From a candidate division FCPU426 bacterium (GTDB lineage: Bacteria > Oederibacteriota > Muellerivitia > Muellerivitales > Muellerivitaceae), in contig CAVRAL010000001.1 of the NCBI GenBank assembly GCA_963719085.1, positions 576,001 through 640,000 on the forward strand: a stretch of 64,000 nucleotides of DNA, in the 5' to 3' direction. Both the position numbers and the translations under genes were made by a program. Below, piece after piece: positions 54,815 through 64,000 of the stretch (positions are counted from its first letter, which is position 1; each line of letters starts with the position of its first letter). The notes under the pieces are model-generated. The model made no database searches and was not told where the DNA came from. It saw nothing but the letters and a program-made list of their open reading frames with translations.

Positions 54815-55546
54815 TTGAAAAAAAAACTGAAAAATAAAGTCTTGATCGTTATCCCGACCTACAACGAAAAGAAGAACATTCAATCCCTCTATCTTAAAAT
54901 TCGGCAATATGTCCGAGACGCGCAGCTATTGATCGTGGACGACGGGTCTCCGGATGGAACGGGCGCGGTGGCGGATCGGTTGGCCAAAAAAGATTCTTTG
55001 GTCCATGTTTTGCATCGGCCCCGAAAAATGGGCTTGGGTACCGCCTATGTGGCCGGATTTCAATACGCGCTGAAAAAGAAATACCAATATGTCCTGGCCA
55101 TGGACGCCGATCTTTCCCACGACCCCGCCAATATTCCGGTCATGATCGATTTGATGAAAGACTATGATTTGGTGATTGGTTCCCGTTACGTGAAAGACGG
55201 GGGAATGGTGAATTGGGGAATGGGGCGTTTTCTGATCAGCAAATTCGCCAATGGTTTTTTAAAAGCGCTCTTAAACATCCGGCAAAAAGATTGCTCGGGC
55301 GGGTATAAATGTTATCGTTCGGATCTGCTCGAGGGCATCCGCTTGGAGCGGATATTTTCTAAGGGATACGCGTTTCAAGTGGAAATTCTTTACCGGGCTT
55401 TGCGGCTCGAGGCTAAAGTTATCGAGGTTCCCATTATTTTCGTGAACCGGCACGAGGGCGAGAGCAAGTTAAATTTATCCGAGTTGGTCAATTTCGCCAA
55501 GACGGTTTTTAAACTCAGGCTTTTAAGCTGGGTGGGTCGTCTTTGA
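54815..55546 (+). CDS. Polyprenol-monophosphomannose synthase-like GT2 (Ppm1/DPM1-like)
   Basis: IPTYNE, VDDGSPDGTG, KMGLGTAYVAGF, MDADLSHDP, GSRY, GYAFQVE, EVPIIFVNRHEGESK. Confidence 0.9.
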   Translation: MKKKLKNKVLIVIPTYNEKKNIQSLYLKIRQYVRDAQLLIVDDGSPDGTGAVADRLAKKDSLVHVLHRPRKMGLGTAYVAGFQYALKKKYQYVLAMDADLSHDPANIPVMIDLMKDYDLVIGSRYVKDGGMVNWGMGRFLISKFANGFLKALLNIRQKDCSGGYKCYRSDLLEGIRLERIFSKGYAFQVEILYRALRLEAKVIEVPIIFVNRHEGESKLNLSELVNFAKTVFKLRLLSWVGRL

Positions 55547-56367
55547 AACTCCCGATGAAATCCCGTGAAGAGTTTTTCAAATATTACGTTGTTCGGAACC
55601 CGATCGCGCATTCCCTTTGGCGCAGCTTTGAGTGCGAGCGTTTCGCGGAAGAAAAGGTGCTTCATCCGGTTTTAGATGTGGGCTGCGGGGACGGCTTTTT
55701 CACCCAGGCGGTTTTTAAGGAAAAAATCGATATCGGAATTGACCCCGATCCGGCGGAAGTCCGCCGGGCGGTTAAACGGGGGAACTATAAAAGGGTTGTA
55801 AACGCCGGCGTGGGGAAACTCCCTTTATCGGCTTCCAGCGTTCAAACCGTGATCAGTAATTGCGTTTTGGAACATGTGCCGGATATTGATCAGGGCTTGG
55901 CCGAAATCGAGCGGGTTTTAAAGCCCGGCGGGCGCCTTTTGATGACCGTCCCGAGCGAATACTACAATCGGGATTCTTTTTATCAAAAGCTGTTTAAGGC
56001 GGTTGGGTTTAATCAAGCGGCCCAATGGTATAACCGCTCACTGAACCATGTTTTCAAACACTACCATGTTTACGGAAAAAAACTCTGGGAGAAAAAATTC
56101 AAGGCCCATGGGCTCGTCTTGGAAAAAGCGGAATATATCATGTCCCGACGGGCTTTTCGGGTTTATGACCGCTTTTTGATCGCGGCGGTTTGGGGGAAGT
56201 TTTTAAAGGCCTTTTGCGGTCGTTGGGTTCTCATTCCCCGGTTTTGGCTGCCCAAGTTTCTTTTGCCGATTTTTCGGGATACGTTGAATGAGAAGGATCA
56301 AAGGGGAATAGTGTATTTCATGATTGTCCGTAAAAAGCGTCTTATACGACGCCCTAAGAAGGCCTGA
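55543..56367 (+). CDS. Class I SAM-dependent methyltransferase
   Basis: VLDVGCGDG, SNCVLEHVPD, RVLKPGG; alternative ATG at 55555. Confidence 0.88.
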   Translation: MKLPMKSREEFFKYYVVRNPIAHSLWRSFECERFAEEKVLHPVLDVGCGDGFFTQAVFKEKIDIGIDPDPAEVRRAVKRGNYKRVVNAGVGKLPLSASSVQTVISNCVLEHVPDIDQGLAEIERVLKPGGRLLMTVPSEYYNRDSFYQKLFKAVGFNQAAQWYNRSLNHVFKHYHVYGKKLWEKKFKAHGLVLEKAEYIMSRRAFRVYDRFLIAAVWGKFLKAFCGRWVLIPRFWLPKFLLPIFRDTLNEKDQRGIVYFMIVRKKRLIRRPKKA

Positions 56368-56369
56368 GC

Positions 56370-57359
56370 TTATTTTCGGACAATTGAAACCATGGTACCC
56401 AGGGGGTAATTGAAAGTTTTTGAGAATAAATTCAAGAGGTGAAAAGCCAGGCTTAGCAAAAAGGTGGGCAAGGGGAAAGAGGTCAGTTGTTGGAAAAAGT
56501 ACAATTGGATGACCGCTCCGCTGATGCGAGCCTGACTAAAGGAGGTGTTTTCCAAAAGCGCCTTCATGCTATGGGGACTATATTCGTATAAATGATAAGG
56601 CCGATTGAGGATGATCCGGTGATCGGGAATTTTTAAAATAGAAAGAAATTTATTTTTTTTCGGAATAACAAACTTAAACATTCGAGATAACCGGTAGGCG
56701 ATTCGAAAAGTAGGGGTATTGATGTAGGCGGGTGTTTTGATGATGAGGGTGCCGCCGGGTTTTAGGATTCTTTGGGTCTCTTTTAAAAAGGCAACGGGAT
56801 CGGGTACGTGCTCGAACACATCTCCCATCAAGATCGCGTCGAATGTATTGGGTTTGAATCTGGCCGAATAAAGGTCCTTATTAAGGACGTTTAATTTTCT
56901 TTTTTTGGCGAAAGCGACAGCGGCTTTGGAAAGGTCGAGACCCCAAACCTTCCATCCGCTGGCTTTCATGATATCCAGGAAAAAGCCCCCGGCGCACCCG
57001 ATTTCCAAAAAATTACCCCGGGTTCCCAGGCTGTTGAAGATATCCAACGCGTAGCGGTGTCTTTGAAGAATGGATTCCCGGTTCTCGAAATAAGAGCCGC
57101 TGGTGATGCCGCAGTCATAGTCCAATTCAAAATAATCGGGTAAATCATAAAGCTTGGTGATGGTTTTGTTGGAGGGCATGGGATTGACTTGAACCAAGCC
57201 ACAGGAAGCGCACCGAATCAAATCATACTTTTTGTCCTGAAATTGATACATGTTACGGACATAGAGTTTAAAACTTTTGCTTTGACAAGCTTGGCAGATT
57301 CCGGAAATGGGATGGGGTTTGACCGGGATAGCGTGAGGGTTCGTGGGTTGAGATGGCAT
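56370..57359 (-). CDS. Class I SAM-dependent methyltransferase with N-terminal CxxC..CxxC (glycan-cluster type)
   Basis: CQAC..CASC, LEIGCAGG, DVFEHVPDP, RILKPGG, PYHLYEYS; start uncertain (ATG 57359 preferred, track 57437). Confidence 0.85.
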   Translation of the reverse strand: MPSQPTNPHAIPVKPHPISGICQACQSKSFKLYVRNMYQFQDKKYDLIRCASCGLVQVNPMPSNKTITKLYDLPDYFELDYDCGITSGSYFENRESILQRHRYALDIFNSLGTRGNFLEIGCAGGFFLDIMKASGWKVWGLDLSKAAVAFAKKRKLNVLNKDLYSARFKPNTFDAILMGDVFEHVPDPVAFLKETQRILKPGGTLIIKTPAYINTPTFRIAYRLSRMFKFVIPKKNKFLSILKIPDHRIILNRPYHLYEYSPHSMKALLENTSFSQARISGAVIQLYFFQQLTSFPLPTFLLSLAFHLLNLFSKTFNYPLGTMVSIVRK

Positions 57360-57604
57360 TTTCGCTCTTTGGGTGTTTTTAAAACGCAGAAGGTTAAATA
57401 TTACCCCAAAAAAGTCCATTCTGTTGATATTATTCAACGGTAAACGATGGTTTGTTAAGGCGGATAATTGATCGAAGCGGCGCGGTCGGATATAATTCGG
57501 TTTTAATGTTTGGGGATTATATATAGCCTTTTATTCATGGGAATTCACGTTTTTTGGTTTTTTTCCTTAGCTCATAATTTTCAATCGAACTTTTAGGAGG
57601 ATGC

Positions 57605-58660
57605 ATGGCTCGGGGTAATGCGAAGAAACAAAGTAAGAGAAATAATCGGAAAACAAGCGTGGATTCCGCGGCGGCCGTTCCGCCGTCCCAGTCCGCGCCG
57701 GGCGCCCAAGGCGGGGGCTTCTTAAAATGGTTTTTCATTTTAATCGTGGTATTGATCGCCATTGACGCCTTTAATTCTTTCCGGTCGGGCAAAGCGTTGT
57801 TTTCCTTCAAGGGATTTGACAAACATTTTGTGGTTCAACAAGTGCTTCACTTAACCGGAACCGATACGACGGGTAAACCGATGTCAGCTAATGCGGTAGT
57901 GGTCGTAAGCCCCACCGAGTTTGCCGTGGCGGACACGAGCGGTTGCAGGATTTTAATCTATGACTTCAACGGGAAACTGATTCGTCAATGGGGAAAGTAT
58001 GGAAGCAAGGGCCCCTATGAATTGCACGAGCCCTCCTCGATTGTGACCGACCATCAAGGACACATTTTCGTCATGGATACCTGGAATGGGGCCATCAAAG
58101 GCTATGATTTAAACGGGAAAAGCATCGGAACTATCGATTTGAACCATTTCCAGTCTTTTTACGGTCCTAGGAATATTACGTGGGGCGGCAAGTTTTTTCT
58201 GGTTTCGGATGTCGCCAACTATCGCGTCGTAAAGTTGTCCTTGGACGGACAAATTATCGGAGCTTTGAGCGGAAAAGGCACGGGGAAGGGCCAGTTCATG
58301 GGAATCTGCGGGACCATTTTGGACAGCCAAGGCAATTGGTATGTGGCGGATTCGAGCGCCAATAATCGCGTTGAAATATTTGACGATTCCGGGAAAGTCA
58401 TTCGAATCATTAAGACCCATGTGCCGCCAAACGTTTTGGCCATCGACGCTCAAAATAGGTTGTTTGTGGGCTGTTGGGGAGCCGCATCGCAGGTATTTAC
58501 CGTGGATGGCAAGCATTTGGGGGATTTGGAAGACGCGTCCCAACCCGGCGTTCCTCTTAACGGCATTCTTGGTATGGATACGGCCCCTAACGGGCTTCTG
58601 GTGACTTCCGGCGGCGATCAAGTGACCATTTATCGGGTTCAAGACGAAAAGAAAAATTAA
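57605..58660 (+). CDS. Membrane-anchored NHL-repeat protein
   Basis: AGGAGG RBS; basic N-tail plus TM; AVADTSGCRI, FVMDTWNGAI, SFYGPRNI, YVADSSANNRVEIFD. Confidence 0.85.
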   Translation: MARGNAKKQSKRNNRKTSVDSAAAVPPSQSAPGAQGGGFLKWFFILIVVLIAIDAFNSFRSGKALFSFKGFDKHFVVQQVLHLTGTDTTGKPMSANAVVVVSPTEFAVADTSGCRILIYDFNGKLIRQWGKYGSKGPYELHEPSSIVTDHQGHIFVMDTWNGAIKGYDLNGKSIGTIDLNHFQSFYGPRNITWGGKFFLVSDVANYRVVKLSLDGQIIGALSGKGTGKGQFMGICGTILDSQGNWYVADSSANNRVEIFDDSGKVIRIIKTHVPPNVLAIDAQNRLFVGCWGAASQVFTVDGKHLGDLEDASQPGVPLNGILGMDTAPNGLLVTSGGDQVTIYRVQDEKKN

Positions 58661-58704
58661 ATCCCGTAACCTTTCGATTTTCATTTTAAGGAAAACGCTT
58701 TTCT

Positions 58705-61395
58705 ATGCCGCCTTCCAAAAAAATAAAACGGGTTGGAACGGGTAAAGTGAAACGAGTCGGGCCGGAAAACACCCCGGCTCATTCGGTGCTCAAATCCGCC
58801 GCATGGGTGAAACCCGGGCTGGAGAGCCACTGGCTTCCCGGTTGGTCTTGGTTTCTTTTTTTTGTTTTGCTGGCGACCGGCTTGTTTTTTTTGATTCGGC
58901 ATCAATCGGAGACGGCCTCGATTTTTTTAATCCCGGCCGCGGTTCTCGGGGTGTCCTTTTATTTTCCTTTGCGCAGGCTTGACCACGCGCTGGGTCTAAT
59001 CGGCTTCGGTTGGTTGTTGGTTCTTTTCTCTTTGGGAAGTTGGACGAACTTTCGTTACGCTTTTTCCGCCATCGGTGATTACAATTTGCCATCGCCGGTC
59101 TTTCACTTGGCCTTAGGGTTGGGGCTATTGTTGGCCTACTGGCGTTACCTTCCGACTCAAACCGCCCCCGGATTAATCTCGAAAAACTGGGGCCTGATTT
59201 GGTTTTGGGTCATTTTCCTGGCCGCCGTTTTCCTGAGATTTCAAAGAATCCATGAGGAACCGGGTTGTTATTGGGACGACCCCGCGGTTTGTATTGTGGA
59301 TCCTCAAGGCATCTTGAATTTCCATGAGCATCCCATGCTGATGCCCTTGGGGCAGCGGGAGCCCTTTTTCTCTTATTTTCTCGCGGGATTGTGGTCGCTG
59401 GCGCCGACCGCCCACGCCATCTTTATCCAGCGTCTTGGCGGCGCGATCCTTGATTTGACCGCGGTCTGGCTCTTTTATTTTTTGGGTAAAGAAGCCGGGG
59501 GAGTGACCGTGGGTCTGGTCGCGGAAGCCTTGGCGGCATTCAGCAAACCGATGATCATTGAGGATTTAATCGGCATGACCGCGGTGACGGTACCATTGGC
59601 GGTGGCACTGGTGTTGTGGATCACCTTTCGATTGTTTAAAAAACCAGATTGGGGCCGTTTCGCGCAATGGGGGCTGGCGCTGGGATTCGCTCCCTACAAC
59701 TACACGCCGATCCGCACTTGGCTTCCTTTCATAGTGACGAGTGTTTTTGTTTGGATTTGGTTTTATAAACGAAAAGACTCAAAACACAATCAAGGGCGTT
59801 CGGCGGACCAAATTTACGGGTGGGGAATTGTCTTTTTCTGGAATTTGTTATTCTTGAAAGTGAACAATTTTATACCCGTCAACTCGTTTTTGTTTAACTT
59901 GCTCAATTCTTGGTGGTTCTGGATTTCAGTCCTTTTGATTTATTTCATCCTCAGCGGTCTTCTTATTTTCCGGGGAGGGGGAGAAAAAGACGGTTATTTG
60001 AAGATCGCGCCCCGTTTCTTTTTAGGGGTTTTGTTGGCGGTGGCCATCATTTATCCTTTGGCTTCCGACCCTGAGATCGCCGTCCACCCCTCGGGCCTTT
60101 CCATTTTTCATGACCAGCAAACACGGACTTTTCATTACCAAGACACGGTTCCGTTCCTTCTCTTGCACAAGACCTGGGTCAGCATTGAAACCATGTTCTA
60201 CAGCGGACAGGATCGAGGCGATTTGAACCTGCCTTGGGACGCCTTTTTTGAATTTCACTTTGTTCCGCTGTTTGTTTTAGGATTTGTGGCTTTTTTATCA
60301 AGACCTTCATGGTTGAGCGGGTTTCTCTTGGCGGGAGGGTTTGTGGGCATCTCCACCCATGTGTTGTCCATCGATCCGCACAGCGCGAAACTGGTGGCCG
60401 CGATCGCCCCCCTCTCCGTTTTGGCGGGGTTGGGATTCCAACAGTTTTATTCGGCCTTGAAATCGTTAAAAACCAAAAATTACGCGCCTGTCTTTGGGAT
60501 ATTTTGTTTGGTTTATTTTGGCTGGGCGATTTGGGGAACCTACGACCGGGTCTGGACCCATTATTTCCGAGAGGAAAGAATCGATCACATTATTGGCGAT
60601 AAGGTCATCGAGCTGGCCCCCCGGAACCGAATTTATATGGCGGTTTATCCCGATTTTGGTTCCCCGCAAACTTTGGCGCTTCTGGACCAGGGTTTGGATC
60701 TTTATATTCTCGGCAAAGAAAACCCGATTTATTGCGGTGTAGGCCAGGCTCGGAAGGACGTGGTGGTTTTAATGCACATCGGGGATAAAAACACGCAAAA
60801 CTTGGTTCAGGAGCAATTTAAAAATGTTTCTTGGACCGTGGAATCCAGCAATCAAGAGGGCCATCCCGAGGTGTTGAGAATCGCCACGATTCCGGCCGCC
60901 GAAATCGGCGAAAAACCCGGAAAGCTTTTTTATTTTCAACCCGAACAGGGATTGGGGTGGTTTCGAGATTATTTCGCGGGTCGTTATGTGTTGGGGGCGG
61001 GCTTGATTGATCGAGAGGAGTACGTGGATTCCATTTACGCCCCGATTCCCGGTGACATGGGGGGAAGGATGGTACGAATCAGCGGCAATCTTAACCTGGC
61101 CGCGGATGAGACGATTTTGTTTAAAACCAAAGCCGTCAATGATGTCATTTTGAAGGTGGACGGGAAGGACGTTATCAATCTAAGGCCTTTTAACCGAACC
61201 TTGCAGGCGTCAAAAGAAATGACATTGGCCCAAGGGCCCCATTTCATTGAGTATGTTACCTATCTTCAATTTAGCAATGAGATCCCCGAGGTCGCGATGA
61301 CCGTCAATGGCCAGGATCAATTATTGGGCGAGAGTAAGAATCTGACGCCCGCGGCGTTGTCGGCGCTGCACAGTTCTTTCAATCTGGGCCATTGA
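58705..61395 (+). CDS. PMT/GT39-like (GT-C) membrane glycosyltransferase with C-terminal PA14-like domain
   Basis: Many TMs; PGCYWDD acidic loop, REPFFSY, YTPIR; C-terminal VILKVDGKDVI..TLAQGPHFIEY. Confidence 0.75.
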   Translation: MPPSKKIKRVGTGKVKRVGPENTPAHSVLKSAAWVKPGLESHWLPGWSWFLFFVLLATGLFFLIRHQSETASIFLIPAAVLGVSFYFPLRRLDHALGLIGFGWLLVLFSLGSWTNFRYAFSAIGDYNLPSPVFHLALGLGLLLAYWRYLPTQTAPGLISKNWGLIWFWVIFLAAVFLRFQRIHEEPGCYWDDPAVCIVDPQGILNFHEHPMLMPLGQREPFFSYFLAGLWSLAPTAHAIFIQRLGGAILDLTAVWLFYFLGKEAGGVTVGLVAEALAAFSKPMIIEDLIGMTAVTVPLAVALVLWITFRLFKKPDWGRFAQWGLALGFAPYNYTPIRTWLPFIVTSVFVWIWFYKRKDSKHNQGRSADQIYGWGIVFFWNLLFLKVNNFIPVNSFLFNLLNSWWFWISVLLIYFILSGLLIFRGGGEKDGYLKIAPRFFLGVLLAVAIIYPLASDPEIAVHPSGLSIFHDQQTRTFHYQDTVPFLLLHKTWVSIETMFYSGQDRGDLNLPWDAFFEFHFVPLFVLGFVAFLSRPSWLSGFLLAGGFVGISTHVLSIDPHSAKLVAAIAPLSVLAGLGFQQFYSALKSLKTKNYAPVFGIFCLVYFGWAIWGTYDRVWTHYFREERIDHIIGDKVIELAPRNRIYMAVYPDFGSPQTLALLDQGLDLYILGKENPIYCGVGQARKDVVVLMHIGDKNTQNLVQEQFKNVSWTVESSNQEGHPEVLRIATIPAAEIGEKPGKLFYFQPEQGLGWFRDYFAGRYVLGAGLIDREEYVDSIYAPIPGDMGGRMVRISGNLNLAADETILFKTKAVNDVILKVDGKDVINLRPFNRTLQASKEMTLAQGPHFIEYVTYLQFSNEIPEVAMTVNGQDQLLGESKNLTPAALSALHSSFNLGH

Positions 61396-61448
61396 GGGCG
61401 AGGGCCGCATTAACGTTTCGAACAACAGAAATGGGTTCAAGGTGGAAA

Positions 61449-64000
61449 ATGCCAAATCAAAAAAAGAGTAAAAAAACGCCCATTAAAAATAAGCCGTTGA
61501 GATTGAAGGCAAATTCGGGGTTGAGTCCGGGGGACAGGCAAGGCGATCGCTCAAATTTTATCGCTCGGATTTTAGAGGCGGGGTTTCTCGACCGGTTCAT
61601 TTATGGAGTTCTTTTATTTATTTTTTTTCTTTCGGGGTTTTTATCGTGTTGGAAAGGGCTCTATCCAACCGGGATCGGTTTTATCGCCGGCGGATTGACC
61701 TTGGCCTTCGCCAAGTCGATTTTTAAAAATCTTCGAGCGGATATTCAATTCGGTTTGGCGGCTTTGGGCGCTCTTCTCATCGCCGAATCTTTTTCCGCGG
61801 TTCACGATTTCGCCGAAGTCATGCCGCAGGGGCTTCTTTTTAATCTGCCGAATTGGCATGGCTTTCTATTCATTGTTGGCTTTGTTTTAATTCTCATGGG
61901 TTCGCGTTTTTCATCCCGCCCGCCGTTTCAAGAACCGGAAGTGAAGTCTTGGCAAGTGGGATTAATACTTGGTTGCGTCGCGGCGGTGGCCGCTTGGATC
62001 GCTTTGAGCCATTTAAACGACCCTCCGGGTTTTTATTGGGATGACAACGCCACGGTCATTAAGGACATCCGAACCGTCAAGGAATTGCATTTATACGGCA
62101 TCATCATGCCGGCCAGTTTTCGAGAGCCGGCGATCACCTATTGGACGGCCATGCTTTGGTATCTTTTTCCGGACGCCACAGGCATTCAAATGCAAAGAAT
62201 CGGTCCAGTTTTCATGTTTTTGGCCTCGCTGGGGATGATGTACCTGCTGGGAAAGGAAGTCGCCGGGCGGAAGGTGGGTTTGATTTTCGCGGCGATCGGG
62301 GCCGTCAACAAGTGGTTGTTGACTGAAACAGTTTGGGGTTCGGGACTTATTTTGACGATGTTTTCCGTTTCGTGGTCTTTGCTGATGCTTTATCGAATTT
62401 TTAAAAACCCAAGCTGGTTTAATTTCATCTTGTGGGGATTGGCCCTCACGTTTGGGACCTATACCTATGGGGCTTACCGGCCCTATGACTTTTTAATGGT
62501 CTTGGTGGTTGGAATTTGGATATTGGCTGCGAGGAAAAAATGGTCCACTAATTGGGCAGGATGGTTTTTGGCTTTTTGGGTTTCCGGTTTTTGGCTCTCC
62601 TTCTTTTTGGAAAAAAATCATTTGATCCTCAATCGGGCCGGATTCGACCTCTTTTCTCAAAACTGGTTTTTGTGGGTTTATTTCGTCCTTTTCTTTTTGG
62701 CGCTTGTGCTGGCGAGTGTTGGTTTTTTCGAGAAGAAGGGGCAAAACGGGATATTTTTGAAATTAACGGCTGGCCTGTCCCTGGCCGCCATTCTGGTTTA
62801 CCCGTTGGTGACCCATCCCGCTTATGGGATGCGGGTCGCCGAGTTAAACGCGTTTCAAGCTGGGAATGATTTAGGCGCAAAGTTGGCCACTTTTTTAGTT
62901 AAATTCGGGAAAACATTTCGAGAGCTTTTTATGGGCGCCGGTTTCTGGGGAGATTCAGCGTTTGACTTTCAAGGCGCGTGGGTGGTTGTCGTCGGGGTGG
63001 CCGTCTTTTTGGCGAAACCGAGCTGGAAAACCTTTCTTTTGTTTGCGGCTATCGTGGTGGGACTGGTCCCACACGTCTTAACCCATGATGAGTACAACGG
63101 GAGAGCCCTGGCTTCGGTCACGCCTTTTCTTCTTTTGGGCGCTTTAGGAATCGAGGAGATCCGGGTTTGGGGCGGGAATCTTTGGGGCCGTAAAATGTGG
63201 AACCGTTTTTTTACCGCTTTATTTTGCCTTTTTTTGGGTTGGCAGGCCTGGGACAGCTATGAAATTATTTTTCAAAAATGGTTTTATATGACGGGGCCGG
63301 AAGCTTTGGTAAGCCGGGAGGTGGTGGAAGATTCGCCCGCCAACCGGGTGTATTTGACGGTTTTGCCGAATTGCTCCTCTCCCGAATGCCAGGGAGTCTT
63401 GGACGAAGGACACCCCCTCTATGTTTATCGCGACTCCAATCCTATTTATGTGAAGCCGGGTGAGAAGCCAAAAGACGTGGTGCTTATTTTCTTTCCGGGA
63501 GACCCAAAACTGGAAGACCGTTTGAAAAAGGAATTTCCCCTGGCCCAATGGACCAGTATCAACTTCAACACATTCCATTATCCTACGGTCCAACCGGGCG
63601 ATACGGCCACCCGTTTTTACCGAGTGTTTATACCCGCAGATCAAATTTCAACTAACCCGGCTCGGTCGATTTATTTTGCCCCGGGACTGGAAAATGGCTG
63701 GACAAGGGACTTTTACATCGGCTCCTATGGAATGGGGCATGGAGCCATCGCGGCCGAGGATATGGTCAAATCCTTACGACAGCCTTTTCCGGTGAACGAT
63801 ATGCATTCGGCCGGTTTTACGGGAGTTTTTCAAGCGCCGGTGGACGGGGATTATCAATTCTCAATGCGGGATCAAAATTTCGTTCTGCTCTGGATTGACG
63901 GCCATAAGGCGCTCGATGCCCGAGGGGCCAAACCCCAAGGGTTGACGGCGAGTAAAACAATTCATTTAACCAAGGGCGCCCATTCGATATATTTGGTTTC
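61449..64000 (+). CDS. Paralogous PMT/GT39-like membrane glycosyltransferase with PA14-like domain, truncated by window end (absent from ORF track)
   Basis: Hand translation MPNQKKSKKTPIK...PPGFYWDD...FREPAITY...TYGAYRP; the same frame at the window end reads FTGVFQAPVDGDYQF..LWIDG..IHLTKGAHSI. Confidence 0.8.
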   Translation, partial: MPNQKKSKKTPIKNKPLRLKANSGLSPGDRQGDRSNFIARILEAGFLDRFIYGVLLFIFFLSGFLSCWKGLYPTGIGFIAGGLTLAFAKSIFKNLRADIQFGLAALGALLIAESFSAVHDFAEVMPQGLLFNLPNWHGFLFIVGFVLILMGSRFSSRPPFQEPEVKSWQVGLILGCVAAVAAWIALSHLNDPPGFYWDDNATVIKDIRTVKELHLYGIIMPASFREPAITYWTAMLWYLFPDATGIQMQRIGPVFMFLASLGMMYLLGKEVAGRKVGLIFAAIGAVNKWLLTETVWGSGLILTMFSVSWSLLMLYRIFKNPSWFNFILWGLALTFGTYTYGAYRPYDFLMVLVVGIWILAARKKWSTNWAGWFLAFWVSGFWLSFFLEKNHLILNRAGFDLFSQNWFLWVYFVLFFLALVLASVGFFEKKGQNGIFLKLTAGLSLAAILVYPLVTHPAYGMRVAELNAFQAGNDLGAKLATFLVKFGKTFRELFMGAGFWGDSAFDFQGAWVVVVGVAVFLAKPSWKTFLLFAAIVVGLVPHVLTHDEYNGRALASVTPFLLLGALGIEEIRVWGGNLWGRKMWNRFFTALFCLFLGWQAWDSYEIIFQKWFYMTGPEALVSREVVEDSPANRVYLTVLPNCSSPECQGVLDEGHPLYVYRDSNPIYVKPGEKPKDVVLIFFPGDPKLEDRLKKEFPLAQWTSINFNTFHYPTVQPGDTATRFYRVFIPADQISTNPARSIYFAPGLENGWTRDFYIGSYGMGHGAIAAEDMVKSLRQPFPVNDMHSAGFTGVFQAPVDGDYQFSMRDQNFVLLWIDGHKALDARGAKPQGLTASKTIHLTKGAHSIYLV

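Overview
Bacterial chromosomal window with no recognisable mobile element, CRISPR array or prophage. Core content: glutamate synthase gltB-gltD, thiS-thiG-thiE, def-fmt-rsmB, an orphan oligopeptide ABC ATPase pair, a B12/radical-SAM enzyme, tRNA-Leu(GAG), a complete rRNA operon (16S, tRNA-Ile, tRNA-Ala, 23S, 5S) and a 2-oxoacid:ferredoxin oxidoreductase (korA-korB). Two envelope systems stand out. (1) A compact candidate bacterial ceramide locus (spt-like and bCerS-like GNAT genes, divergent from a CerR-like NAD(P)-dependent reductase), with an AUR1/IPC-synthase-like PAP2 enzyme 11 kb away. (2) A >20 kb cluster running off the right edge with several GT-C-fold membrane glycosyltransferase-like proteins (PMT-like, DUF2298/YYY, PA14 fusions), a polyprenol-phosphate-mannose-synthase-like GT2, three membrane-anchored NHL proteins and two methyltransferases. 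Secreted Thr/Pro-rich proteins elsewhere in the window, one with a T9SS/FlgD-like C-terminal domain, are plausible substrates. Two probable genes missing from the ORF track were found by hand (20344..20490 and 61449..>64000). All family calls come from motif recognition by eye; no searches were run.
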